64,000 nucleotides of DNA. It comes from Acidobacteriota bacterium. GTDB taxonomy: Bacteria > Acidobacteriota > UBA890 > WLXD01. A program made the position numbers and the translations under genes. The notes under the pieces were generated by a model that did not search any database, was not told the DNA's origin, and saw nothing but the letters and a program-made list of their open reading frames with translations. Positions 1 through 10,594 of the stretch are shown here, one piece after another; position 1 is the first letter of the stretch; every line of letters starts with the position of its first letter. The stretch lies in assembly GCA_965205505.1 (NCBI GenBank), contig CBDBHB010000006.1, positions 160,001 to 224,000 of the forward strand. Direction: 5' to 3'.

Positions 1-82
1 CTGAACCGCTCGGTGCGCCGATGCCCGGAGCTCTCCGATCCGGCCTGCCGACGCGTTCTTTTGTATCGAAGACGCCGATGGA

Positions 83-819
83 ATGCCGATGACCGAGCAG
101 TTGTTCCAACTCGACGCCTACGTGCGTCAGTTCGACGCCGTCGTGCAGAGCATCGATGCGGAGCACCGCGCCGTGGTTCTGAACCGCACGGCATTCTACG
201 CCGGGGGAGGCGGGCAGCCGTGCGACCTCGGCTCGCTACAGTTCGGCGGTCACGCAGTCGAGGTGACGAAAGTTCGCCGCGCCGGCGCGGGCATCGTGCA
301 CACCCTGGGCGGTCCGATGCCACCGGTGGGCGAAATGGTGGAAGGCGTGATCGACTGGAGCCGGCGGCACGCGCTCATGCGAACCCACACCGCGCTGCAT
401 ATTCTGTGTGGTGTGGTGTGGTGTGGCGAGACTACGGCGCCCAGGTCACCGGCGGCGGCATGCGTCCGTTACACGGACGCCTGGACTTCGAGTTCGAGGC
501 ATTGAGCGCGGAGCTGGCTTGCGAGATCGAAGAAAAGCTCAACGTGGAGGTTGATGCGGCGCGCGATATCAGGGTGGCGATTCTGCCTCGTGCCGAGGCC
601 TTCTAAATCCCCGATTTGATTCGCACCAAGGTGAATCTGCTGCCCGAGAGCCTAACGGAGGTTCGCATCGTGGAGATCGTCGGGCTCGACTTGCAGTCCG
701 ATGGCGGTACCCACGTGGGCAACACCCGAGAGGTGGGTCGCATACGGATTGCCGGGCACAGGAACAAGGGTCGCATCAACAAGCGCATCGAGATCGAGTT
801 AGCATCTCGGAGGCCATGA
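83..819 (+). pseudogene. AlaX-type alanyl-tRNA editing protein, disrupted by a 5-bp duplication (~406-426) and an in-frame TAA (604-606)
   Basis: Motifs FYAGGGGQP, HTALH and DGGTHV are spread over three ORF fragments. Removing one TGTGG unit restores ILCGVVWRDYGAQ. Confidence 0.85.
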
Positions 820-1853
820 GCAAGATCGTCGAGTTCGACCTACAGATCCAGCAGTCGCGCGAGCTGTCGCTGAAGGAGTTCTTGCGCAATGGCCCCCGCG
901 ATAACCTCGCCTACTGGGCCGACCTCAACGGCTCCTCGGAGGATGAGCTGGTTGCCATCGCCAAGCCCTTCGCGATGCCGGATCGAGTGCTCCGCCGATG
1001 GCAGAATCCGGATTCGTCGCGGCAGATAACCGAGGACGCCGACTCGATTGCGCTGGTGCTCGAGTACTGGAACCCCGGGAGCGGGGCCATCGATGACCCG
1101 GATGCGACGCTGGGGACAAACGCGCAGTCGAGGCCGGCACTATCGCCTGGCGAGACCCCCGCTTCGCGACCAGTCGCTAAGCTGAGCTTCTTCCTGAGCG
1201 AGCGTTTCTTCGTGAGCTACTCGCCCGAGCCGGTTCGGTGTCTCGCCAAGGTCAATCGCATTTACGACCGTAACGTGCGCTTCGCGCAGTCGATCGGATT
1301 CCTGTTGTTTCTCGTGTTCGACCAGGTAGTGCAGGACTACGTCGGCATGCTGCAGCCGCTGGAGAACGAGTCGGAGGCGATCGACAATCGTATCTTCGAG
1401 GAATCGACTGAGACGATCAACGAGGACATTCTGCGGCTCAAACGCCGCACGCTCCGCTACAAGCGCGTCGTCAGTGCGGTGCGCGATCTGTTGATGCACG
1501 TCTCCGCGCGCAAGATTCCGGTGATTACCGAGGCGGGCCGTGGCTCCCTGGTGCAGGTGTACCACCATGCGCAGGTGCTGGTGACCTCCATCGAGGGCCT
1601 GCGCGAGATGATCAACAGCTCGCTCGACTCCTATCGCTCGCTGCAGGGACAGAAGCTCAACGAGACGATGAAGGTCCTGACCCTCTTCGCGTCGATCATC
1701 ATGCCGATGACACTGATTGCCGGTATCTACGGCATGAACTTCCAGAACATGCCGGAGCTCGCCTGGCCGCTGGGCTATTTCATGGCGCTCGGCGTCATGG
1801 CGATGACCGGCCTCGGCCTGCTGCTGTTCTTTCGCGCCAGGGGATGGTTCTGA
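816..1853 (+). CDS. corA: CorA-family Mg2+/divalent cation transporter
   Basis: YGMNF signature, MPEL loop and two C-terminal TM helices. Confidence 0.9.
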   Translation: MSKIVEFDLQIQQSRELSLKEFLRNGPRDNLAYWADLNGSSEDELVAIAKPFAMPDRVLRRWQNPDSSRQITEDADSIALVLEYWNPGSGAIDDPDATLGTNAQSRPALSPGETPASRPVAKLSFFLSERFFVSYSPEPVRCLAKVNRIYDRNVRFAQSIGFLLFLVFDQVVQDYVGMLQPLENESEAIDNRIFEESTETINEDILRLKRRTLRYKRVVSAVRDLLMHVSARKIPVITEAGRGSLVQVYHHAQVLVTSIEGLREMINSSLDSYRSLQGQKLNETMKVLTLFASIIMPMTLIAGIYGMNFQNMPELAWPLGYFMALGVMAMTGLGLLLFFRARGWF

Positions 1854-1883
1854 CGGCGACGCCAACGACCTGGCAACTCGCGG

Positions 1884-3527
1884 TCACCGGCGGAGCGGCG
1901 GGGTCGTCCAGGGCGGCTGCCGGTGCAGTGTGGCCTGCTCGTACGAGTAGGCGAGCTCGATGAGTCGTGCTTCGTTCCACGCCGTCGACAGGAAAGTGAT
2001 GCCGGCCGGCAGGCCGGGCCCTCCGTAGGGTCGCGAGTCGGATGTGTCGGGTTGGCGACGCGTGAAGCCCATGGGCACGGTGATGGCGGGGAAGCCGGTG
2101 TGCGGTGACAGATCCTGGCTGTTGTCGCCGCCCGGGCTCTGCAGATCGCCAATGAGCCTCGGCGGGTTGCTCCAGGTCGGGTACACCAGCGCGTCGAGAC
2201 CGTCTGCCTCCATCACCCGACGCACGCCGTCGGCGAGCCGCCTCCCATTGGCCCGCGCCGTGTGGCAAGCCTCATCATCATCGGGATTGCGCGGCGCGTT
2301 CAGCGATTCCTCCAGGCCGTTTCTCACCGACCCGTGGAACTTCTGCGACTCGATGATCTCGGCCAACGTGGCGTACGGTGCAGCCTCGCCGAGCGACGCG
2401 AGGTAGGCCTCGAGGTCGTAGCGGAATCGGTCACACCAGCGCTCACCACGGGGAATGGTGTCGAGCTCGACGATCTCCACGTCGACCGTCTCGGCTCCGA
2501 GGCCGCGCATGTCCTCGAGCGCACGCTCGAACACCTCCTGAATCTCGGCGTCGGTGGTGTCGGTTTCCGACAGCTGCCTCACAACGCCGAGCCGCGCTCC
2601 TGCAAGCGCACCATCCCGCAAGTAGTCAAGGTAGCTTGCGGTCCGTCTGGGCGTGCCATCGGTGCGATTGTCCCGACTTCCGGCAGTCACCTCGTCGGCC
2701 GGGTCGTACCCGGCGATGACGTCGAACACGGCCACCGCGTCGGCTAGACTGCGGGCGAGCGGCCCACCGATGTCATGGTCGAGATCCAGTGGCACGATGC
2801 CATCGCGGCTGGTCAGGCCCATGGTCGAGCGGATCCCCGCCAGCAGGTTGTGCGACGAGGGTCCACGAATCGAGTTGCCGGTATCGGTTCCGAGCCCCAC
2901 CACGCCGAAGCTCGCCGCCACCGCCGCCGCGGTGCCGCCGCTGCTCCCGGCAGGGACACGATTCAGCGCGTAGGGGTTGCGCGTGTAGCCGGGGATGATG
3001 CTGCCCACGGTCTGGTACGGAGAGAAGGCCCACTCTGCCATATGGGACTTGGCCAGGACGATGGCGCCGGCCTGGCGTATTCGCTGCACCTGGAAGGCGT
3101 CGTCCGGAGGTAAGGAGCCCGCGAGCGCTGCTGACCCGGCGCTTGTTTGCATGTCTGCGGTATCGTAGTTGTCCTTGACGATCATCGGGATGCCGTGAAG
3201 CGGTCCGACGAGTCCCTCGGATGCGAGCGCGGCGTCGAGCTCGTCGGCGCGCTCCAGCGCCTCGGGGTTCAGCGTAACGATGGCGTTGAGCGCCGGTCCC
3301 TGCTTGTCGTAGGCGTCGATCCGCGCCAGATAGGCCTCGACCAGCTGCCGTGAGGTTAGCTCCCCCGCCTGCATCGCCGCGTGAATCCGCTCGATCGTCG
3401 CCTCCACGACTTGCCCTGACCCGGGGCCTGGGACCTCGTCGGCCGGTGTGCATGCCGCGACGGCGACCAGGGCGCTGCACAACAGGGTGATCATGGTGAT
3501 CAGATGTGTCCGGTGATGTATCCGCAT
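1884..3527 (-). CDS. Amidase-signature family hydrolase, probable lipoprotein
   Basis: LHGIPMIVKDN, GSSGGT and GTDTGNSIRGP motifs; N-terminal VAAC lipobox-like signal. Confidence 0.9.
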   Translation of the reverse strand: MRIHHRTHLITMITLLCSALVAVAACTPADEVPGPGSGQVVEATIERIHAAMQAGELTSRQLVEAYLARIDAYDKQGPALNAIVTLNPEALERADELDAALASEGLVGPLHGIPMIVKDNYDTADMQTSAGSAALAGSLPPDDAFQVQRIRQAGAIVLAKSHMAEWAFSPYQTVGSIIPGYTRNPYALNRVPAGSSGGTAAAVAASFGVVGLGTDTGNSIRGPSSHNLLAGIRSTMGLTSRDGIVPLDLDHDIGGPLARSLADAVAVFDVIAGYDPADEVTAGSRDNRTDGTPRRTASYLDYLRDGALAGARLGVVRQLSETDTTDAEIQEVFERALEDMRGLGAETVDVEIVELDTIPRGERWCDRFRYDLEAYLASLGEAAPYATLAEIIESQKFHGSVRNGLEESLNAPRNPDDDEACHTARANGRRLADGVRRVMEADGLDALVYPTWSNPPRLIGDLQSPGGDNSQDLSPHTGFPAITVPMGFTRRQPDTSDSRPYGGPGLPAGITFLSTAWNEARLIELAYSYEQATLHRQPPWTTPPLRR

Positions 3528-3628
3528 GGCTTAGAACCCTCCGTTCGGTTTAGCGTACGGCCGGAGTGCGAGAGAATCGAGTCGCCCGACGCCCTGCCAC
3601 GGACAACTCTCGACCGGAATCGTCAACC

Positions 3629-5353
3629 ATGAAACAAGAAGCGGATGCAGCCGGAAGCAGAGCTCGTCACCTCGGGGGCGCGGTTCTGACGCTGCCCGCC
3701 CTGGTCACGCTCTTCGCATGTGCCGAGGCCAACCCACACTTCGATGTTCTCATCCGCGGCGGGGCCGTGTTCGACGGCACGGGTGGCCTGTCGCAACGGG
3801 CAGACATCGGAATCCGGGGCGAGCTGGTGGCAGCCATCGGAGACTTGTCGGGTGCGTCCGGTGACTCGGAGATCGACGCGACCGGCCTGGCCGTGGCGCC
3901 CGGGTTCATCGACATGCACTCGCACTCCGATCGGACGCTGCTGGTGGATGGACGCGCGCTGTCGAAGGTCAAGCAGGGGGTCACGACGGAGCTCCTCGGC
4001 GAATCTGGCTCCCCCGCGCCCGTATTCCCCCAGGCTGCCACCGCGGTGCTGGGCACGTCGGGCGAGCCTGGACTCGCCGACGGATCCGCCGGCGAAGCAT
4101 GGACGACTTTCGCGGAGTACTTCACCCTGCTCGAGCAGCGGGACATTAGCGTCAACGTGCTGTCGACGGTGGGCTCGGGAAAGCTACGGGCAGGGGTGGT
4201 CGGGCTCGACGACGTGCCGGCCACGCCCGAGCAACTCGAGGAGATGAAGGGGCACGTCGAGCGGGCCATGCGCGATGGCGCCTTCGGGCTATCGAGCGGC
4301 CTGATCTACATCCCGAATCGGTACGCGTCGACTGACGAGTTAATCGAGCTCGCCAAGGTCGCCGCGGCGCACGGGGGCTTCTATACGAGCCACCTGCGCG
4401 ACGAGGCCGATGAGCTGGTGGCCGGGGTCGAGGAAGCGGTGCGCATCGGACGGGAGGCCGGTCTGCCGGTGCACATTCTGCACTTCAAGTACTCGGGTAC
4501 CCGCAGCAAGCAACACCACGAGCGCTCACCGTTTCCAGCCGCCGTGCAGGTCGTCGAGGCGGCGCGCGACGAGGGACTAGAGGTCTACGCCGACGTCTAT
4601 CCGTACGTCGCGAGCTCCTCGACGCTCAACCTCAGGATTCCCGATTGGGCTCGCGAGGGCGGAGCCGCGGCGCTCACGGCGCGTCTTCGTGATTCGACCC
4701 TTCGTGCCCGCATCCTCCAGGAGGTCGCCGACCACCTGGCCAAGGGAATTCCGGGGGGACACCCGAGACCGTACTGCTTTCCCGCACACCCTACGAAGGG
4801 CACCGCTCCTACCAGGGGATGACGATTGCCGAGATCGCCGTGCAGATGGGCGCGGATCCCGCCGACACGATTCTGGAGCTGGTGGAGCGCTCGGGCGCCA
4901 GGGCCGGCGCTATCTTCTTCGGCATTCGAGAGGAAGACCTGGAGCACGCGCTAACGTTGCCGTGGACCAGCATCGGCAGCGACGGATCGGCGCTGGCGCC
5001 GGTCGGCGAGCTGGCACAATCGCACCCGCACCCCCGCTCCTACGGCACCTTCCCACGGGTGCTGGCGCGCTACGTGCGCGAGCGCGGCGTGCTGACCCTA
5101 ACCGAAGCGATCCACAAGATGACCGGACTGCCGGCCGCACAGCTGGGTTTGGCGGACCGCGGCACCCGTGTGCTCTCCGTTCTCCAGCACGATCTCGCCG
5201 TTTACCAGCAAGTGGGCAACGCCCTCGGCAAGCTGGTGCGGCGCCTCGAATGTGGCCAGATCGCGGATCGTCTGCGGGTCGAACACCACAACGTCGGCCT
5301 TGTTGCCGACCATCAGCGTGCCGTTGCCGGGGCAGGTGATCCGGCGGAGGTGA
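3629..5353 (+). pseudogene. N-acyl-D-amino-acid deacylase (D-aminoacylase), frameshifted at a G-run (4753-4758) and with an inverted C-terminal segment
   Basis: [11 protein letters not shown] and HPRSYGTFPRVL motifs. The C-terminal GNKADVVVFDP...VNGEIV segment lies on the minus strand at 5166-5317. Confidence 0.85.
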
Positions 5354-5492
5354 GCGCGATGGGTGGGGGTGTGCGTGAGTACAGCGTCACCGCTTGGTGC
5401 TAGATCGGCGGGGTTGCTGGCGCGTCTCAGGCGTAGGTTGGCGAGCGGTGGGTTTGGCGATGCTGTTCTCACGCACACCCCCCCATCGCGCT
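5353..5492. repeat. Long imperfect inverted repeat; MITE-like element, possibly inserted in a terminator hairpin
   Basis: AGCGCGATGG..GGGGGTGTGCGTGAGTACAGCGTCACC on the left pairs with GGCGATGCTGTTCTCACGCACACCCCC..CCATCGCGCT on the right. Confidence 0.65.
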
Positions 5493-5495
5493 AGC

Positions 5496-5626
5496 AACAT
5501 TGTCAAGTTAAGCTGATTCTTGCCCGCTTGGGCGCCTCGCCCAGACCGCAAACGCTCGATTATCAGGCGTTTTCTGTCTTACGGGTCAGGCGTTTCTCGC
5601 CGATTTCGAGTTAACTTGACAGTACC
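5496..5626 (+). mobile_element. 131-bp MITE-like element, copy 1
   Basis: Ends (AACAT)TGTCAAGTTAA and TTAACTTGACAGTACC; interior closely similar to 13875-14005. Confidence 0.8.
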
Positions 5627-5638
5627 CGACCGCTGGGT

Positions 5639-5663
5639 TTGACAAACCAACCTACTAGTAGGT
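5639..5663 (+). promoter_or_regulatory. -35 TTGACA plus palindromic TetR operator 1 (ACCTACTAGTAGGT)
   Basis: Perfect 14-bp palindrome at 5650-5663 directly upstream of the TetR gene; recurs at 6307 and 8064. Confidence 0.75.
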
Positions 5664-5709
5664 GATCTACTCCTCGATCGCGGATTGAGACGAGCCCACG
5701 GAGCCGGCA

Positions 5710-6273
5710 ATGGACCGCAAGGAACAGATCATCGAAGTTGGACTAGAGCTGCTGCAAAAACGCGGCTACGCCTCGTTCAGCTACGCGGATCTGTCTGAGC
5801 GTCTGGGTATTACCAAGGCCAGCATCCACCACCACTTCCGGAGCAAGGAGGCACTCGGTGTGGCGCTGTCGGAGCGCTACTTCCAGCTAGTACGTCAGAC
5901 GCTCGGGGAGGCCGACGAGCACGACGACCCGTGGGAGCGTTTCGAGGCATACGAACGCGTCGTCTTCGGTGCCTTTGGCTCCGGCGACCGTATCTGCGCC
6001 GCTGGCGCGGTGCAGTCAGACTACAACGTCATCCCAGAGAGCATGCGCGCACACTGGTGCGAGCTGATCCAGTACGTGATCGACTGGATCGCGCAGGTGT
6101 TAGAGGAAGGCAGGCGCAGGGGTTTGATGCAGTTTTCAGGGACTCCCGAAACCCAGGCGATGATGATCTTCTCCACCATGCAGGGGGCACTGCAGTACGG
6201 GCGCGCTCATGGTCGAGAGGAGCTGGAAGCGATTGTTCGACAGGTGAAGAACAACCTCCGCCCCGCGGCATGA
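5710..6273 (+). CDS. TetR/AcrR family transcriptional regulator (NemR-like)
   Basis: N-terminal HTH GYASFSYADLSERLGITKASIHHHFRSKE. Confidence 0.9.
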   Translation: MDRKEQIIEVGLELLQKRGYASFSYADLSERLGITKASIHHHFRSKEALGVALSERYFQLVRQTLGEADEHDDPWERFEAYERVVFGAFGSGDRICAAGAVQSDYNVIPESMRAHWCELIQYVIDWIAQVLEEGRRRGLMQFSGTPETQAMMIFSTMQGALQYGRAHGREELEAIVRQVKNNLRPAA

Positions 6274-6306
6274 AGGTGACCGCGAGTTTTTTTGTTCGCT
6301 GGATCT

Positions 6307-6320
6307 ACCTACTAGTAGAT
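6307..6320. promoter_or_regulatory. TetR operator 2 (ACCTACTAGTAGAT)
   Basis: 13/14 match to the palindrome; upstream of the OYE gene. Confidence 0.7.
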
Positions 6321-6417
6321 AGCTCATGAAATCTCGTCAACTACAGAAACCCATGGCGGCACCCCGACTGATTTGCCGCCCGCCCACCCGAAAGGCCAAG
6401 GCCGAAAGGAGCCACCC

Positions 6418-7549
6418 ATGACCCCCACTCCACAAGCACTTCTCAGCCCGTTCGAGATGCGTGACCTCCACATCGACAACCGCGTCGTTCTCGCTCCCCT
6501 TACACGGGCCCGCGCCGGTGACTCACGTCTGGCGAACGCCCTCATGGCCGAGTACTACGCGCAGCGAGCCGGAGCCGGCCTCCTCATCACCGAGGCCACC
6601 ACCATTTCTTCGCAGGCCAATGGCTGGATCGGCAGCCCGGGCATCTACACCGACGAGCAGGGCGATGCCTGGAGACAGGTAGTCACTGCGGTCCACGAGG
6701 AGGGCAGCCGGATCTTCGTCCAGTTGTGGCACACAGGGCGTGCCTCTCACAGCGACTTCCTGAGCGGCGAACTCCCTGTCGCCCCCTCGGCCATTCCGAT
6801 CACGGGCGAGGGGGTCCGCACGCCGCTCGGCAAGAAACCGCACCAAACGCCCCGCGCTCTGGAGACGAGCGAGCTCCCGGGAATCGTCGCCGACTATGTC
6901 GCTGCTGCCAAGCGTGCTCGCAGCGCAGGCTTCGACGGGGTGGAGATCCATGCGGCCAACGGCTACCTGCTCGATCAGTTCCTGCAATCCAGGACCAATA
7001 GGCGTAGCGACGACTACGGTGGCAGCATCGAGAACCGCTTCCGCCTGCTGCGCGAGATCGTCCAGGGTGTATCGGGTGTACTCCCTGCAGCGCGCATAGG
7101 GGTGCGGATCTCGCCAAACGGTGTGGTCAACGACATGGGCTCCCCCGACTTCCGCGACACGTTCACCTACGTCGCAAAGCAGCTGGACGAGTACAGTCTG
7201 GCGTATCTCCACGTCATGGACGGCCTCGACTTCGGCTCCCACCAGCATGGGGAGCCGATGACACTCGATGAGTTCCGTTCCGTGTTCCGTGTTCCGCGGT
7301 CCGCTGATGGGGAACTGCGGCTACGACGCCGAGAGTGCCGAGGTGGCCGTCGTCCGTGGCGCTGCGGATCTGATCTCCATCGGCCGCCCGTTCCTCGCCA
7401 ACCCCGACCTAGTGGAGCGCTTCCGCAACGGCTGGCCGCTCGCTCCCGTCCCTGATCCCGCAACCTGGTACTCCGGCGAGCCGACACCCGTCGGCTACAC
7501 GGACTATCCCAACTACGCGCCTGCGGCGCGCACCGAGAGGGCAGCATGA
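6418..7549 (+). pseudogene. nemA: Old yellow enzyme / N-ethylmaleimide reductase-like flavoprotein, frameshifted by a 7-bp duplication (7278-7296)
   Basis: APLTRAR, QLWHTGR and EIHAANGYLLDQFL motifs. The C-terminus (GRPFLANPDLVERF..GYTDYP) is in another frame. Confidence 0.85.
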
Positions 7550-7920
7550 GCACCGCACCTGCAAGAGTCAGTGAGCACGACGCCATCGCCGAGGCCGTTC
7601 AGCCCTACATCGATGGCGCCAAGTCCGGCAGAGGTGACGACATGAGACCAGCCTTCCACCAGGAGGCGACGATCTTCGGCTATGCCGGTGACGAGCTGTT
7701 CGGCGGTCCCATCGAGCAGCTCTTTACATGGGTTGACCAGAACGACCCATCGCCCGATCTGCAGGCACGGATCGCGAGCATCGATCTGGCTGACACGGTC
7801 GCCACCATGCGGCTCGAGCTCGGCAACCTAGGCGGTCACCGATACACCGACCTCTTCACACTGCTGCGAGTCGACGGGCACTGGAAGATCATGAACAAGG
7901 TCTTCCATCTTCACGCCTGA
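7546..7920 (+). CDS. SnoaL/NTF2-like (lumazine-binding-2 type) protein
   Basis: AFHQEA and YTDLFTLLRVDGHWKIMNKVF pattern. Confidence 0.8.
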   Translation: MSTAPARVSEHDAIAEAVQPYIDGAKSGRGDDMRPAFHQEATIFGYAGDELFGGPIEQLFTWVDQNDPSPDLQARIASIDLADTVATMRLELGNLGGHRYTDLFTLLRVDGHWKIMNKVFHLHA

Positions 7921-7983
7921 AGGAGGCAAGCACCGTGAATCGATCCATGGGAGCGGGTCGAAGGGTACACGCGCGCGGCAAGG

Positions 7984-8080
7984 AGCGATTGTTCGACAGG
8001 TCAAGGACAAGTCTCCGCCGCGCGGCACGGAGGTGTCCGCGAGTTTTTTTGTTCAACCTCGTCACCTACTAGTAGGTAGC
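7984..8080 (+). promoter_or_regulatory. Diverged duplicate of the tetR 3' end plus promoter, containing operator 3 (8064-8077)
   Basis: Colinear with 6228-6323: AGCGATTGTTCGACAGGT...CCGCGAGTTTTTTTGTTC...ACCTACTAGTAG. Confidence 0.8.
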
Positions 8081-8098
8081 GGTCTCCAAGAGGAGCCG

Positions 8099-8799
8099 AT
8101 GTCGTACACATCTCCGAATGAACCGTTGCTCGACCACTCTATTGGTGGATCCTCGATGCTCGAGATCTACAGCGCTCACGGCTGCCCGTTCGCGCACCGG
8201 ACACGCGCCTTGCTGACCTATCTCGGGGTGCCGTTCAAGCTCCACGAAAGATCGACCTGGACGACCGCGACCCGGACTTCCTGAAGATCACGCCTACCGG
8301 CCGGGTACCGCTGCTGGTTGATGGCGACTTCACCTTGTACGAGTCGCAGATCATCAACGAGTACCTCGCCGACCTTCACGACTGGGACTGCGCGTTCGCG
8401 GCCGACCCGCGTCTCCGCGCCCGTCAGCGGCTGGCCATAAAGCAGTGGGACGCCAAGATCCTGAAGGCCTTCTACGCGTCGCTGCGCGACCCGGCGTGGC
8501 TCGATGTGGAGCGGCGCGAAGAGGTCGGAAGGGAGCTGGACGAGCTCGCCCGGACGATCGAGCAGATGGACCATGAGGTGGAAAGCCTGCTCGCGTTCCA
8601 CGTTGCCACGCACTGGGCCCGCATGGTCTGGCTGCGGTCATTCACCGGCCTGCCCGAGTTGGTGGATGAACGGCCGCAGCTGCGGGAGTGGCTCGACCGC
8701 ACCGCTCGTATCCCGGCGCTGCTCGAGACGCTGCCCGACCGAGAAGCGACGGTGCGCCGGTACGAGGACCGCTATGTGGGCCGGCAAGCCGCCGCGTAA
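8099..8799 (+). pseudogene. Glutathione S-transferase (CPF motif), frameshift near 8247-8250
   Basis: YSAHGCPFAHR in one frame; IDLDDRDPDFLKITPTGRVPLL..LYESQIINEYL in the next. Confidence 0.8.
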
Positions 8800-8901
8800 G
8801 GAGACAAGCAGACGCAGAGAATCCATGACCAACCGATCGAATGCACTAGAGCGTGATCGGAAACCAGTTGTCCGGGGATTCGGACAAGGAGGAAAACGGA
8901 A

Positions 8902-9936
8902 ATGAGAGCAGCAGTGATTCGCGAATTCGGCGATTTCGATGTCCTCAGAGTTGAGGAAGTGCCTACACCCGAGCCACAAGCGGGCGAGGTGCTGATCAAG
9001 ATCCTGGCCACCGGGCTGAACCGCCTGGAACATTACATCCGCGAGGGCTCGATCGTGCCCGAGCTGGGGTGGCCGCATATCCTCGGCGCCGACGCTGCAG
9101 GCGAAGTAGCGGCCGTAGGGGAAGGCGTGACCGGCTTCGCCGTCGGTGAGCGGGTCATCCCGCAGCCGGGATTCCCAACGGCTCCAGTCGACTACGAGAC
9201 CCGTCCTGGTGCTGCAACGGCCAGCTTCAACCTGCCGGGCCTGCACCGACCGGGCACCTATGCCCAGTACATCTCTGTGCCGGCTCGCTTCGTGGTCAAG
9301 GACACCACGGGCCTGTCACCTGAGGAAGCCGCTACGCTGCCGATGGTGCTGTCGACCGGCGTCCGCGCCGTAAGGGGTGTCGGTGAAGTGAAGGCCGGCG
9401 ACAAGGTGCTGGTGCACAGCGGTGCGTCGGGAACGGGTTCGATGTAGATCCAGGTCGCCAAGACTCTGGGGGCCGAGGTCGCCACCACGGTTCGGAGCGC
9501 CGAGAAGGCCGAGTTCGCAAAGAGCATCGGGGCGGACCTTGTGATCAACACGCGCGAGGAGGACTTCGTGGCCAAGGTTCAGGAGTGGAGTGGTGGCCCT
9601 GGCGCCGACGTCGTGATCGACAACCTCGGGGGCGATGTGCTGCCGAAGAGCATCGAGGCGGTCAAGCCGCTCGGCGTGGTCGTGGTCTTCGGTTTCGCGG
9701 CAGGCCCGGAGGCGACCTTCGACGTGCGCAGCCTCTTCTTTGCCCAGAAGCAGCTCCGCGGCGTGATGGCCAGTGATATCGAGGATCTCGAATGGGGCCT
9801 CGAGCAGGTGAAGGCCGGCAAGATCAAGCCGCTGCTGGATACCGTCCTGCCCCTGAGCCAGGCGGGCGCTGCTCACACCCTCCTGGCCGAGGGCCAGGTG
9901 AAAGGCAACATCGTACTGACGCCGTGGGCTGCGTTG
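8902..9936 (+). pseudogene. MDR-family (zinc-independent quinone oxidoreductase-like) dehydrogenase with an in-frame TAG at 9445-9447; stop codon lost at the repeat element
   Basis: PHILGADAAG, VLVHSGASGTGSM*IQVAK and GNIVL; the frame then runs into element copy 2. Confidence 0.8.
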
Positions 9937-10067
9937 GATACTGTCAAGTTTAACTCGAAACGGCCAGAAACGCCTGATCGATCAACCCCAAGTCCCTTGT
10001 GCTGCGGGCGTTTCACGTCCGGCCAAGAGGCCTCATCTGCCCATAATCGAGTTAACTTGACAGTACC
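9937..10067 (-). mobile_element. 131-bp MITE-like element, copy 2 (inverted, diverged)
   Basis: Ends GATACTGTCAAGTTTAA and TTAACTTGACAGTACC; the reverse complement aligns with copies 1 and 3. Confidence 0.75.
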
Positions 10068-10077
10068 GCGCGAAGGG

Positions 10078-10111
10078 TTGACTTGCGAACTTAGATATCT
10101 TGTTATACAAG
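10078..10111 (+). promoter_or_regulatory. Putative padR promoter/operator
   Basis: TTGACT at 10078 and inverted repeat CTTGT-TAT-ACAAG at 10099-10111. Confidence 0.45.
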
Positions 10112-10252
10112 TCATCATGCATGGCAATACTACCCTGCTAAACCTCGGGTCCGGCGGGTCGGAGGTGGGAGGTTCGACGTGATGTCTTGCAGATTCAGTC
10201 GGGAGCGTTCGACGGTCCGTCTCAACGCGGTACCGAGGGAGGTCGCGCACCA

Positions 10253-10594
10253 GTGAAACTATCGAACTGGAGGTCGCAGCTCCGCAAAGGTGCCGCCGAG
10301 CTCGCGGTGCTCGCTGCGCTCTCGCGGAAGCCACTGTACGGCTTGGGGATCCTCGAAGCGGTTGCAGCGAAAGCCGGCCTGGAGATCTCCGACGGCACCA
10401 TCTACCCGTTGCTGAATCGGTTGCAGAAGGGTGGATTGGTGAGCTCGCAATGGATCGAGGGCGAAGCCAGCCATCCCCGCAAGTACTACGAGCTGACCGA
10501 GGACGGCCGGTCGCTCCTGCGGGAGATGCGGCGTGAATGGCGCGCGTTCGCCTCGGGAATGGACGAACTTCTCAGGGACATGAACGACCGATGA
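10253..10594 (+). CDS. PadR family transcriptional regulator
   Basis: QLRKG, YG, GTIYPLLNRL and RKYYELT motifs; GTG start after GGAGG. Confidence 0.9.
   Translation: MKLSNWRSQLRKGAAELAVLAALSRKPLYGLGILEAVAAKAGLEISDGTIYPLLNRLQKGGLVSSQWIEGEASHPRKYYELTEDGRSLLREMRREWRAFASGMDELLRDMNDR

Noticed and set aside
9445-9447. In-frame TAG (and TAA at 604) as recoding, given selA nearby
   Set aside because: Selenocysteine uses TGA. Both stops fit single C>T changes from Gln codons, both genes carry other lesions, and no pyl genes are visible.
9937-10182. C-terminal extension of the MDR oxidoreductase
   Set aside because: It is read-through into the repeat element and the padR promoter after loss of the native stop.
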